The notes: generated by a model not told the origin, from the letters alone. Positions 44,668 to 55,710 are shown, numbered from the stretch's first letter. The stretch: 64,000 bases of DNA from Pyrinomonadaceae bacterium (GCA_036387315.1 DASVTY010000012.1:1408-65407), one strand, 5' to 3'. Numbers and translations are program-made.

Positions 44668-45579
44668 CTAATTTTCCTCATTTTCGGTCAACTGCAAAAA
44701 AACGTCTTCCAGATTTGAAGGACGAACGATCATTTGCCGCGCATTGTAAAAAGACATTAAAGGCAGCAGCTTTTCAGCAGTTTCGGCAAAATATAAATGA
44801 GTCGAGCCGCGCGACGCAGCGCGGACGCCGTTTTCTGTCGTAAGCAAAGGAAAAGCGGCGGCTTCGCGCACTTCGAGCGCGTATTTCGACGCTTCTTTTT
44901 CGATTAACACTTGGGGAACTCCTTCGGCGACAATGCTGCCCTGCGATAAAACCAGAAGGCGCTGACAGAGCTTTTCGGCTTCGTCCATATAATGAGTCGA
45001 AAGCAGGATCGTCAGATTTTCCTCGCGCCGCAGTTCTTCGAGCTTTTCCCAAATCTCCTGCCGGACATTAGGATCAAGCCCTGTCGTCGGCTCGTCGAGC
45101 AGCAAAATCCGCGGGCGATGCAGCAGGGCGCGGGCGATCATCAGGCGTCGTTTCATTCCGCCTGATAATTCGTCAATCCTCGAACCGGAACGATTTCCGA
45201 GTCGGATAAAATCGAGCAATTCGTCAATCCGATTTTCGGTTACGGCGCTTTCCAAACGATAATAACCGGCATAAACCCGCAGATTTTCCCGAACGTTCAA
45301 ATCCGGGTCGAGATTGTTTTCCTGCGGAACAACGCCAATCAGACGGCGAATTCGGCGGTCTTCGATTTTAGCGTCAAAGCCCTCGATTCGTAATTCGCCG
45401 CTCGAAAGCGGCGAACGACAGGCGATCATCCGCATCGTGGTTGATTTTCCCGCCCCGTTGGGACCGAGAAGTGCAAACGTTTCTCCAGCCGAAACCGAAA
45501 ACGAAATGCCGTCAACGGCGCGGCGCTCGCCGAAAAGCTTGGTCAGATTTTCCGCTTCAATCGCTTTTGCTGCGGGCAT
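44668..45579 (-). CDS. ABC transporter ATP-binding protein (DrrA/NodI-like, ABC-2 subfamily)
   Basis: Walker [11 protein letters not shown]-loop GVVPQ, signature LSGGMKRRL, Walker [14 protein letters not shown]-loop [10 protein letters not shown]. Confidence 0.9.
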   Translation of the reverse strand: MPAAKAIEAENLTKLFGERRAVDGISFSVSAGETFALLGPNGAGKSTTMRMIACRSPLSSGELRIEGFDAKIEDRRIRRLIGVVPQENNLDPDLNVRENLRVYAGYYRLESAVTENRIDELLDFIRLGNRSGSRIDELSGGMKRRLMIARALLHRPRILLLDEPTTGLDPNVRQEIWEKLEELRREENLTILLSTHYMDEAEKLCQRLLVLSQGSIVAEGVPQVLIEKEASKYALEVREAAAFPLLTTENGVRAASRGSTHLYFAETAEKLLPLMSFYNARQMIVRPSNLEDVFLQLTENEEN

Positions 45580-45592
45580 TGATTACATAATG

Positions 45593-45642
45593 ATAAAGGC
45601 ACAGAGCTTATTCTTTATATCTCACTCTCTCTGTGCCTTTAT
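45593..45642. terminator. 14-bp perfect inverted repeat downstream of the transaldolase gene
   Basis: ataaaggcacagag (45593-45606) pairs with ctctgtgcctttat (45629-45642). 22-nt loop. No clear U-tract on the minus strand. Confidence 0.4.
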
Positions 45643-45670
45643 TAATGTTTTAGCCGTAATGGCTATAACT

Positions 45671-46321
45671 TTAACCGCGTCCGCTTTTCTTCCAATCGGA
45701 CAAAAATTGTTCGACGCCGGCATCGGTCAAAGGATGTTTGACCAGTTGAAGAATTACTTTATAAGGAATCGTCGAGACGTGAGCGCCCATCCGCGCGGAT
45801 TCAACCAGATGCATCGGGCTGCGGATGCTCGCCGCGAGAACCTGTGTTTTCCAACTGTAATTGTTGTAAATCTCGACGATTTCCGCGATAAGCTGCAAAC
45901 CGTTGTGCGAAATGTCATCGAGTCTGCCGATAAAGGGCGAAATATAAGTCGCCCCGGCTTTCGCCGCCAGAATCGCTTGTGATGCTGAAAAACAAAGCGT
46001 GACGTTGACTTTAATGCCTTCTGAATCGAGCGCGCGGGTGGCTTTCAAACCATCGAGCGTGAGCGGGCATTTGACGACCACATTCGGCGCTATTTTCGCG
46101 TATTCACGTCCTTCGCGAATCATTCCTTCAGCGTCCAGGCTGGTTACTTCGGCGGAAACATCGCCGGGCGTGATTTGGCAAATCGCCGCGATATGTTCTT
46201 TGAAATCAACGCCCGCTTCTTTGGCAATAAGGCTGGGATTTGTCGTCACCCCGTCAATCAGCCCCATTTCGGCACATTCCCGAATTTCGTTTAAATTAGC
46301 CGTGTCAATAAAAAATTTCAT
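45671..46321 (-). CDS. Fructose-6-phosphate aldolase / short (type 3B) transaldolase
   Basis: [12 protein letters not shown].......[10 protein letters not shown]. Active-site region ..NV.VK.P.T..GL.A. 216 aa. Confidence 0.9.
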   Translation of the reverse strand: MKFFIDTANLNEIRECAEMGLIDGVTTNPSLIAKEAGVDFKEHIAAICQITPGDVSAEVTSLDAEGMIREGREYAKIAPNVVVKCPLTLDGLKATRALDSEGIKVNVTLCFSASQAILAAKAGATYISPFIGRLDDISHNGLQLIAEIVEIYNNYSWKTQVLAASIRSPMHLVESARMGAHVSTIPYKVILQLVKHPLTDAGVEQFLSDWKKSGRG

Positions 46322-46334
46322 AAATCTTCCTCCG

Positions 46335-47111
46335 TTATTCTTCTGATTTTCTAACAGGATTGCTTAAAACGCCAATTCCTTCGATCTCAACTTCGACCGT
46401 CTCGCCGTCTTTTAATTGACCGACGCCGGAAGGCGTACCCGTCGCAATCATATCTCCGGGTAAAAGCGTCATCTGATGCGATATATAACGTATCAATTCG
46501 GGGACGGGAAACACCATTTGATTTGTGTTACCGTTTTGTCTGAGAGAGCCGTTGACGCGCACCTGTAGATTGATGTTCGACGGATTTAAATCGGTTTCCA
46601 CAAAAGTACCGACCGGACAAAATGTGTCGAAAGATTTGGCGCGGGTAAATTGAACGTCTTTTCGCTGTAAATCTCTGGCGGTTACATCATTCAAACAAGC
46701 GTAACCGAAGATGTAATCAAACGGATTTTCGTTTTCGCCGAGATTTTTGGCGATGCGTCCGATAACGACAGCGAGTTCTCCTTCATGTTCAACTTGTTTT
46801 GATTGAGGGGGAATAATAATTGGCTCTCCGCCGACAATGAGTGAAGTCGGGGCTTTGAGAAATAAAAGTGGTTCTTTTGGAACTTCGTTACCAAGCTCTC
46901 GAGCGTGTTCGGCGTAATTCCGCCCGACGCAAACAATTTTCGAAGGCGAGACAGGCGGCAAAAGACGTGCATCTGACAACCCAATCGCCGCACCAACCTG
47001 AAAATTACCGGCGAAAACGTCGCCCGCAGAAATCGGCTCAATCAGCTCATCAGTAAGAACGCCGAATTGCGGATCTTTTGAATTTTTGGAAATAAAACGA
47101 CATATTTTCAT
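46335..47111 (-). CDS. Fumarylacetoacetate hydrolase (FAH) family protein
   Basis: ..KI.CVGRNY..HA.E........P..F.K........I..P......[10 protein letters not shown].......D.TARD.Q....... ATG at 47111, since the longer ORF overlaps the upstream gene. Confidence 0.85.
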   Translation of the reverse strand: MKICRFISKNSKDPQFGVLTDELIEPISAGDVFAGNFQVGAAIGLSDARLLPPVSPSKIVCVGRNYAEHARELGNEVPKEPLLFLKAPTSLIVGGEPIIIPPQSKQVEHEGELAVVIGRIAKNLGENENPFDYIFGYACLNDVTARDLQRKDVQFTRAKSFDTFCPVGTFVETDLNPSNINLQVRVNGSLRQNGNTNQMVFPVPELIRYISHQMTLLPGDMIATGTPSGVGQLKDGETVEVEIEGIGVLSNPVRKSEE

Positions 47112-47115
47112 AAAT

Positions 47116-48291
47116 CTAAGGTACCAATTCGGAAACAATTTCCGAAGGCTGGCTCTGGTTTCCGGCTGAATCAACCGCCACAACATAATAATAATATCTT
47201 TGCCCCGATTCGACTTTTGTATCCTGATAGCTTGTCGCCAAAGCAGGAGCGTCGTTCAGTTTTTGCCAACGCTCAGGCAACATTTCAGGCGCAGTAGTCC
47301 TAAAAATATTGTAACCGATAACATCCGGTTCGGCGTTCGCGGCAAAAAATACTGATAGATTTCCCGGTGCGGCGGCAATGGTCAAACCTTCGGGGGGGCG
47401 CGGCGGAAAAATGTCTTTTGGGACGATTCTTGCTGTGTTTGAATCGCCGCTCTCGACTTGAATTCCATTGACACCGGCGGAAACAGCCCGAACAAAATAT
47501 TGGTATTCCTCACCGAATTTAAAATTTTTATCCTCAAAATCGGATGTGGAGAGCAGGGAAGCGTTGATCTGCGACGGTTTTTCGGTTTTATTAGATTTAC
47601 GGTAGAGGTTATAACCAAGGAGATTAACGGGTTTTGTGTCGTCAACATTTTCCAAAGGCGCCTGCCAGCGTAAATTGATTGATGTTTGAGAGACGATTGG
47701 TTCGACGAGCAGCGGCGGTTTGGCGGCGTTTGAGACAGGCTCGAAAAATATAAAATTTGAAAACGGCGATTTTTGATTTTCTCGATTGACAAAACGCACC
47801 GCATAACGCAAACGCCTCGTCTGTGCGGTGGGCGTGATAACGTCAAAAAAGACTGCTTCGGTTTCCGTCGGAACGTCGGATAATTGAATTGACCCGACCT
47901 GTGTGCTGCGCGAGGCAAATTCATCTTCGGTCAAAAACAAAGGCGAGCTGGTTGACTCGGCTAGTCTGAAAACGTCTATCTGCCGCGGTCGGGAACCGGC
48001 GTTATTGTATTTGAGCGGAATCGAAAGAGCGATTCTTGTTCCTTGCTGAGAAACAGTAAAACCCGCCTGATTAATTGGTCGCGAAGCGGCGGGCGGAAGC
48101 GGCGGGCGCCGCTTCCCGCATCCGTAATTTATTAGGAGCGTCAATACAATTAAAACGAGACACAAAAAGGAGGCGAAACCGGGATTTTTAAATCGTGTTT
48201 TTTTGTTTAAAGTATCGTTTGTTTTTAAGCGATTAAGATTAAGCGATGTCTTAACGGCTTTGGTCGCTTTTAATAATAGATTGATTTCCAT
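47116..48291 (-). CDS. Fibronectin type III domain-containing lipoprotein (hypothetical)
   Basis: Lipobox-like ..LTLLINYGC. The C-terminal FN3 signature ends ..YYYYVVAVDSAGNQS.PS. Start uncertain (48291 preferred over 48393, which would overlap the divergent gene). Confidence 0.55.
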   Translation of the reverse strand: MEINLLLKATKAVKTSLNLNRLKTNDTLNKKTRFKNPGFASFLCLVLIVLTLLINYGCGKRRPPLPPAASRPINQAGFTVSQQGTRIALSIPLKYNNAGSRPRQIDVFRLAESTSSPLFLTEDEFASRSTQVGSIQLSDVPTETEAVFFDVITPTAQTRRLRYAVRFVNRENQKSPFSNFIFFEPVSNAAKPPLLVEPIVSQTSINLRWQAPLENVDDTKPVNLLGYNLYRKSNKTEKPSQINASLLSTSDFEDKNFKFGEEYQYFVRAVSAGVNGIQVESGDSNTARIVPKDIFPPRPPEGLTIAAAPGNLSVFFAANAEPDVIGYNIFRTTAPEMLPERWQKLNDAPALATSYQDTKVESGQRYYYYVVAVDSAGNQSQPSEIVSELVP

Positions 48292-48384
48292 TGGACTTTG
48301 CGCGGTTCGGTAAATTGCCTTAAACTTTATTTGATGGTAATTCACAATTGTTGAATTTAAAACTTCGTTCAGCCTGGTTCCTTT

Positions 48385-49134
48385 ATGAATCACAAAAATA
48401 CCACAAATAAAAAGCCGCTGATCGGTATTTCAATGCGTTTCGGCATTTCCAACCGACATCTGCATCTGCCTTCCGATTATGCCGAAGCGATTGATTGTGC
48501 AGGCGGCGTCCCGGTTCATTTAAGTTTATTGCCTAACAAAGATTATCTTAAAAATGTCTTGAACCTGCTTGACGGAATTTTATTGCCCGGCGGCGGGGAT
48601 ATAGACCCGCTCAGATATGGAGAAGAACCGAAACCCGGCTTGGGCGCAGTTTCACCGCTGCGGGACGAAAATGATTTGATTTTATTAAAACTCGCCGAAG
48701 AAATGAACGTTCCGGTGCTCGGGATTTGTTACGGAATGCAGTTATTAAACGTTTTTCGGGGAGGCGGAATCATTCAGGATATTGAAAGGGAAAGACCGAA
48801 TTCATTGAATCATCAGCAAGGCGATCCGCGCGAGAGGCTTTCGCATTGGATTACCATCGCGGAAAGCAGTCTGCTCTTTGATTCGAAGCTAAAAAACAGA
48901 GTTTTAGTCAACAGCCATCACCACCAAGCCGTTTCTCAAATCGGCGAGAACCTTTTCGTCTCGGCAACGGCGACGGACGGCATCATTGAGGCAATCGAAG
49001 ATTCCCGCCCCGGAAGATTTAATTTGGGAGTTCAGTGGCATCCTGAAATTTGTTTCCGGTCCGATGAAATGTCCAAATCAATCTTCGATAAATTCGTCGC
49101 AGCAGCAGGTAAAGAACGCGGAAAAAACGTTTAG
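48385..49134 (+). CDS. Gamma-glutamyl-GABA hydrolase-like class I glutamine amidotransferase (peptidase C26)
   Basis: ..GILLPGGGDIDP..Y......GICYGMQLLNV..GG......HHQA......QWHPE. Confidence 0.85.
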   Translation: MNHKNTTNKKPLIGISMRFGISNRHLHLPSDYAEAIDCAGGVPVHLSLLPNKDYLKNVLNLLDGILLPGGGDIDPLRYGEEPKPGLGAVSPLRDENDLILLKLAEEMNVPVLGICYGMQLLNVFRGGGIIQDIERERPNSLNHQQGDPRERLSHWITIAESSLLFDSKLKNRVLVNSHHHQAVSQIGENLFVSATATDGIIEAIEDSRPGRFNLGVQWHPEICFRSDEMSKSIFDKFVAAAGKERGKNV

Positions 49135-49138
49135 TAAA

Positions 49139-50320
49139 ATGAAATCAGGAAAAAAAATACAATTGGGAATCGAGCGTCTTTTGGAAGACGAGTTATCGCT
49201 TTTAAAAAATGCCAGAGTCGGGCTTCTCTGCAATCAAGCGTCGGTCAATCATAGTTTTCATCATGCCGCAGACCTTTTATACCAAAAGGCGGAAATAAAT
49301 TTAACCGCTTTGTTCGGACCGCAGCACGGGATCAGAGGCGATGTTCAGGATAATATGATTGAAACCGGACATTCGATGGATTCGGCGACTGATTTGCCGG
49401 TTTACTCGCTTTATTCGGAGACGCGCGAGCCGACCGACGAGATGCTGGAGAATATTGATATTTTAGTGTGCGATTTACAGGATGTCGGGTGCCGGATTTA
49501 TACGTTCGTTTATACAATGGCGAATTGTATGAAAGTTGCCGGTCGGCTTGGAAAAAAGGTTATCGTTTGTGATCGCCCGAATCCGATTAACGGCATCTCA
49601 ATTGAAGGAAATGTTCTGGACCCGAATTGGGCTTCATTCGTCGGAATGTATCCGATTCCGGTGCGGCACGGATTGACAATAGGCGAGTTAGCATTGTTCT
49701 TTAAGGAATACTTTAACATCGAGTGCGAGCTTGAAATTGTCCCGATGCGGGGTTGGGAACGGCAATTGTGGCTTGATGAAACCGATGCTCCATGGGTTTT
49801 GCCGTCTCCGAATATGCCGACGGTCGATACCGCCGCGGTTTTCCCCGCGACGGTGTTTTTTGAAGGGACGCAGGTTTCTGAAGGGCGCGGAACGACCCGA
49901 CCGTTTGAGCTTGTCGGAGCGCCTTATATCAATTCGCAGCAATTTGCCGCAAAACTGAATTCTTTAAAGTTGCCGGGTGTTTATTTCAGAGCCGCCGAAT
50001 TTCAGCCGACGTTTCAAAAACACTCAGGCAAGACCTGCGGCGGCGTTCAGCTTCACGTTTTAGACAGAGAGACGTTTGAGCCGGTGCGCACCGGGATAGC
50101 TATGGTTAAAGCGATTGTTGAACTTTACGGAGAAGAGTTTAAATGGAAAAATCCTCCATACGAATATGTTTACGATAAAAATCCTTTTGACGTAATCAGC
50201 GGAACGGACGAGATCAGGCGAGCGATTGAAAATAAAACGTCAATTGAACAGTTAACCGCTTCCTGGCAGAATGATATTCAAGCGTATGTTGACCGAAGGG
50301 TACCTATTTTGTTGTATTAA
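49139..50320 (+). CDS. DUF1343 family protein (NamZ-like exo-beta-N-acetylmuramidase)
   Basis: ..VGLL.NQASV......FGP.HG.RG..Q......D......PVYSLY......D.L..DLQDVG.R.YT. ATG at 49139 after the upstream stop. Confidence 0.8.
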   Translation: MKSGKKIQLGIERLLEDELSLLKNARVGLLCNQASVNHSFHHAADLLYQKAEINLTALFGPQHGIRGDVQDNMIETGHSMDSATDLPVYSLYSETREPTDEMLENIDILVCDLQDVGCRIYTFVYTMANCMKVAGRLGKKVIVCDRPNPINGISIEGNVLDPNWASFVGMYPIPVRHGLTIGELALFFKEYFNIECELEIVPMRGWERQLWLDETDAPWVLPSPNMPTVDTAAVFPATVFFEGTQVSEGRGTTRPFELVGAPYINSQQFAAKLNSLKLPGVYFRAAEFQPTFQKHSGKTCGGVQLHVLDRETFEPVRTGIAMVKAIVELYGEEFKWKNPPYEYVYDKNPFDVISGTDEIRRAIENKTSIEQLTASWQNDIQAYVDRRVPILLY

Positions 50321-50432
50321 AGGTTTTACCTGGTTAATGAAGTCTCTTTAGGGTGTCGAATTAAGTGTTTTTCTTTTAAGGTTTTTGTTTTTGTGTCTCA
50401 GTTCTGACAGTTAAAGTTAAATGGGAGATCGG

Positions 50433-50828
50433 ATGAATTCAAGATTATTTGTTTATTGTGCCGCCGCCTGGGTCATTCCGGGTTTGGGGCATCTATTGTT
50501 AAAGCGCTGGGGGCGCGGATTATTAATTTGCGGGGCGGTCGTTTCCATGTTAATTGTGGGCTTGACGCTAAAAGGCGCTTTTTTGTTTCAGACCGGGGCG
50601 GAACAGGGGCTGATGATGCACCGTTTTCATCTTTTTTCGACCTTGGGAAACGGAGCGTTTTTTCTTTTTCAGTTTCTTTTAGGCGGAGGCGCAACTTTGC
50701 TGCAGATTCAGGACGCTCTGAAGACTCCGACTTTTGAATATGGCGTCAGATTTCTCGCCGCCGCCGGGTTGTTAAATTATCTTTCGATTTTGGATGTTGC
50801 AGACATAGCGCTGGGGAGAAAAGAATGA
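50433..50828 (+). CDS. Hypothetical membrane protein
   Basis: ggag SD before the ATG at 50433. ..PGLGHLLLKRWGRG.. motif followed by three or four hydrophobic helices. Confidence 0.5.
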   Translation: MNSRLFVYCAAAWVIPGLGHLLLKRWGRGLLICGAVVSMLIVGLTLKGAFLFQTGAEQGLMMHRFHLFSTLGNGAFFLFQFLLGGGATLLQIQDALKTPTFEYGVRFLAAAGLLNYLSILDVADIALGRKE

Positions 50829-50998
50829 CTCAATTTTTGCTTTTTATCGCCTTCGCTTTTTTTGTTGCCAGTGTTTTTGGGGCGGTGGCAAACGGCGGCA
50901 TTAAATCCAGAATCTTATACGCGACAAAAGTTTTTTGTGAATTTGTCGGCATCGGCTTGATTTTGGCTTGGATTTTCTACTTTCTGCCAAACAATTAA
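50825..50998 (+). CDS. Unlisted small ORF: 57-aa two-TM protein
   Basis: My own translation: MTQFLLFIAFAFFVASVFGAVANGGIKSRILYATKVFCEFVGIGLILAWIFYFLPNN. ATGA overlap with the upstream stop. Below the ORF-track size cutoff. Confidence 0.4.
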   Translation: MTQFLLFIAFAFFVASVFGAVANGGIKSRILYATKVFCEFVGIGLILAWIFYFLPNN

Positions 50999-51068
50999 GA
51001 ACTCGGCTCAATACTAAGTTCAGAGTCTCATCGGTGAATATTGTTCCCGACTTTTATTATTTTTCCCA

Positions 51069-51839
51069 GTGAAGATTCATCAAACGGAATGTTTATTTTT
51101 AAGAAGCTATCCGCTTTCGGAAGCGGATAAGATTGTTGCTTGTTTAACCCCGGATTACGGGATGATCAAGCTGGTGGTGAGAGGCGCTCGTAAAATCAAA
51201 AGCCGATTTAGCGGCAGCATCGAACCGTTCAGCGTCGGCGAAATCGCTTTTTATCGGCGTGAAGACGCCGAACTCGGAATTTTACGAAGCATCGAATTAA
51301 AACAATCCTATTTTCATCTCGCCAAAAACGTTAATTTGGTCGCCGCTCTGGCATATTTCGGAGAATTACTGGCGGAGTTTTCGCCCCCGCACGAACCGAA
51401 CGAAAATCTTTATCGAATGGCTCGCGCTTGTTTTAAAGCCGTTGCCGAAGCCGCAGACGATAAAAATAAAGTCGCCGCTGGGGTTTTGTATTTTGAATTG
51501 TGGATTTTGCGGCTCACCGGTTATCTGCCCTCAAGCACAGTCTGCGGAGAATGCCGACGCCGAATCGGGGCAAACGAGGGGATTGTTTGGTCTTCGGAAA
51601 ACCGCTTTTTATGCGATTTGTGCGCCGCAGGCATGCGCGGAATCGTTTTAACGCCTGACAAAGCCGTTCTGCTGCGCGCCGCACGTAGACTATCACCGCC
51701 GGAGTTTATCGCTCAATTCGCTTTTGAGCGTGAATTTTTGTCGCCGCTGTCGGCAATTACGCGTAAATTAATCAAACAGGTTTTACTACGCGAAATCGAA
51801 TATTGGAGCGAAAAGAATTGGGAATCGGGACAGCCGTAA
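51069..51839 (+). CDS. recO: DNA repair protein RecO
   Basis: OB-fold N-terminus ..LR.....E.D.I......G.......GA.K..SRF.G..EPF. C-terminal Cys4 motif CGEC..(x)..CDLC. GTG start. Confidence 0.85.
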   Translation: MKIHQTECLFLRSYPLSEADKIVACLTPDYGMIKLVVRGARKIKSRFSGSIEPFSVGEIAFYRREDAELGILRSIELKQSYFHLAKNVNLVAALAYFGELLAEFSPPHEPNENLYRMARACFKAVAEAADDKNKVAAGVLYFELWILRLTGYLPSSTVCGECRRRIGANEGIVWSSENRFLCDLCAAGMRGIVLTPDKAVLLRAARRLSPPEFIAQFAFEREFLSPLSAITRKLIKQVLLREIEYWSEKNWESGQP

Positions 51840-54133
51840 TCGAAAGGTACGTTTGGCGAACAATTGTTCCGTATTTTTTTCTCGCCTGGTTTTTGCTGAC
51901 CGCAATTTTGCTGCTCCAGCAAGCCAGCCGCTTCTCTGATGTTTTATTCGGCGCTCAAATACCTTCAAGCCTGATTTCGGAGCTTCTCGTCGCTCTTCTG
52001 CCCAACATTTTGGCTTTTACCAGCCCGATGGCTCTTTTTACGGGAGTAATGATCGGACTCGGGCAAATGCAGGGCGAGAGCGAATTGATCGCCATGCGCG
52101 CCGCCGGTGTCTCGAATTTTAAAATCCTCACGCCCGCTCTTCTGCTCGGATTCTTTCTGACGATTTTAACTCTTTATATCAATTTCGAGGGCGTTCCGAA
52201 ATCCGCGCAGCTCGTTCGCCAGGTGGGCGTCAAGGCTGCTCTGGCAAAGCTCGAATCGCCGCTCGAACCCGGCGTTTTTAACAATGAAATTCCCAAATAC
52301 GTAATTTACACGCGCGAAGGAAACCGCGAAAAAGGCGTTTGGGAGCGCGTCTTTATTCACGCCCGCGAAAAAAACGGGCAGGTTCGTTTAATCACCGCGA
52401 AAAGCGGAAAGATTGATTCGGCGGGGGAGCAATCGGAGCTTGTTTTGCAGGATGCGGTCGTCACAACTTTGGGCGACGGCAAACAGATTGCCCTGGAGCG
52501 TGTGAACACGCTGCGTGTGGCGCTGGAGATGGGACGGCGGCAGCTTTTGGATAAGCTTCAGAAAGCGGAGCGCGCGCCCGAAGAAATGGGACTAAATGAA
52601 CTGGCTGCTTTTGCGGGGCAAAAAGACGGTAAAGAAAAACGCGACGCCGAAGTTTTATGGCATCGCCGCGTTTCTTTGGCGGGTGCGCCGCTGGTCTTTG
52701 CTTTTTTGGGAGTCGCTTTAAGTTTGCGATACGCGCGGGGAGGGCGCGGGTTTAATGGAATTCTGGCGTTGCTGGTGCTGGTTTGTTATTACCTGATCTC
52801 GCTTTTCTTCGAGCAGATGTCCAGGACCGGGAGCGTTCCGGTTTTTCCGGGAAGCTGGACAGCCCCGGCTCTAGCTTTTTTGTTTTCGTTATGGCTGCTT
52901 TCAAAAGGCTTTCGGAAGAGTCGTTTTGCCTTTCCCGGTTTTAGGGCGATTGATTTGCCGTTTTTCCCGAGATTATTTTCGCGGTTGAGTACCGGCGGCT
53001 TCAAAAACAAGCCGAATATGAGTTTGCAATTTGCCATTTCGGGGTTATTGAACCGGGATATGATTGTTGATTTATTGAAATATTTCGCCTTCGCAACAGG
53101 CGGGTTGTTATTTCTTTATTTGATATTTACTTCTTTTGAGTTGTGGCGTTTTGCCGCCGCAGCTCCTTCAGGTTTTCAGATTTTAGGCAAATATCTGCTT
53201 TATATCTCGCCTATTGTCGTTTTTCAGGTCGCGCCTTCGGCGCTCCTTTTGGCGGTTTTGTTTGCTTACGGAATCAGAGCCAAAAGAAGCGAAGTTATTG
53301 CCTGGAGCGCCGCAGGTCAAAACGTATTTCGTTTGTTGATTCCGGCTTTTTTCATAAGCGGATTAATCGGTTGGGGGGCTTGGACGCTGCAGGAAAATGT
53401 ACTGCCGCAAACGAATAAGCGACAGGACATGCTGCGAGCGCAGTTAAAAGGCGGAGCGGCGGCTGTTTCGCAGGAAGGAAGATTTTGGTTTGCCGCGCCC
53501 GAGAAAATATATTCGTTCGTGACCGATAAAAATAACCAAACGAATCAGACCGCTGAACTCAGGGAAGTCGAGATTTATGATTTCGGAGACGGCGGTTTTC
53601 ATTTAAAGCGTTTGGTTCGTTCTCAACAGGGAAGCTGGGCGAACGGCAATATTCAATTGAACAAAATACAGCAAGTTAAGTGGGAGAATAATTTGGTCGA
53701 GGTTGAAAATAAAGATGAGATCCAAACCGAAGCAGTAGAAGAAGGCGTCGGAGAGTTGAGCTTGAGCGGTTCAAAATTTTTTTATGCGTCGTTGAGCGAT
53801 TTGAAAGAGCGCTTGAAAACGGCTGATTCCATTAGCGAGAAGCGGCGCTTGAGAGTGGCTTTGCAAAAGCATTTCACGTCCATCGTTTTACCGATCATCA
53901 TTGTTTTATTCAGCGCGCCTTTTGCGGTGACTTTCGGAAGAAGAGGGAACGGCGGGAAAGCCAATCTTTCGCTGGTTAATGTTTTCGGAATCTGGTTGGG
54001 GTTTATGGCTTTATCAGCTTTTTTTGAACAACTCGGATATTCGGGTTTTTTGACCGATTACATAGCTGTCTGGGCACCGATATTAATATTAACAAGCATC
54101 GGCGGTTATTTTCTGGCAAAGACCCCGAACTGA
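51803..54133 (+). CDS. Fused LptF-LptG-like LPS export permease (two YjgP/YjgQ domains in one 776-aa ORF)
   Basis: Both halves carry the family pattern: N-terminal TM bundle, ..SE..A..AAG.S.. motif (SELIAMRAAGVS and SEVIAWSAAGQN), periplasmic beta-jellyroll region and C-terminal TMs. The start is uncertain (37-nt overlap with recO). Confidence 0.8.
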   Translation: MERKELGIGTAVIERYVWRTIVPYFFLAWFLLTAILLLQQASRFSDVLFGAQIPSSLISELLVALLPNILAFTSPMALFTGVMIGLGQMQGESELIAMRAAGVSNFKILTPALLLGFFLTILTLYINFEGVPKSAQLVRQVGVKAALAKLESPLEPGVFNNEIPKYVIYTREGNREKGVWERVFIHAREKNGQVRLITAKSGKIDSAGEQSELVLQDAVVTTLGDGKQIALERVNTLRVALEMGRRQLLDKLQKAERAPEEMGLNELAAFAGQKDGKEKRDAEVLWHRRVSLAGAPLVFAFLGVALSLRYARGGRGFNGILALLVLVCYYLISLFFEQMSRTGSVPVFPGSWTAPALAFLFSLWLLSKGFRKSRFAFPGFRAIDLPFFPRLFSRLSTGGFKNKPNMSLQFAISGLLNRDMIVDLLKYFAFATGGLLFLYLIFTSFELWRFAAAAPSGFQILGKYLLYISPIVVFQVAPSALLLAVLFAYGIRAKRSEVIAWSAAGQNVFRLLIPAFFISGLIGWGAWTLQENVLPQTNKRQDMLRAQLKGGAAAVSQEGRFWFAAPEKIYSFVTDKNNQTNQTAELREVEIYDFGDGGFHLKRLVRSQQGSWANGNIQLNKIQQVKWENNLVEVENKDEIQTEAVEEGVGELSLSGSKFFYASLSDLKERLKTADSISEKRRLRVALQKHFTSIVLPIIIVLFSAPFAVTFGRRGNGGKANLSLVNVFGIWLGFMALSAFFEQLGYSGFLTDYIAVWAPILILTSIGGYFLAKTPN

Positions 54134-54185
54134 TAGAAGGCTTTCGCGTCTGATAACGTCTTGGGTTTCGGTGATTGTCAAATAA

Positions 54186-54215
54186 AAAAGGCGGCTGAAA
54201 AATAAGCCGCCTTTT
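54186..54215. terminator. Bidirectional rho-independent terminator between convergent lptFG and ahcY
   Basis: aaaaggcggc / tgaaaaataa / gccgcctttt. Flanked by an A-run and a T-run. Confidence 0.75.
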
Positions 54216-54242
54216 CAGTTTTCGTTTTTTTGCTTGTTTTGC

Positions 54243-55523
<1,281 letters not shown>

Positions 55524-55710
55524 TTACTTGTCTGAAAGAGCGGAATTTTGAAAGCGTTGAATCAATTGAATCAAAGGAAACCTGCTCAACGTTCAGAATT
55601 CCGCTTTTGTGGTTTATAGTCAAATTTACTTTTAATATTTCAACAGGGAATTTTAAGCTCGGAACTGGTTATCGAAGAACAAAATGCTGCGTCCGATAAT
55701 AAAGATTATG

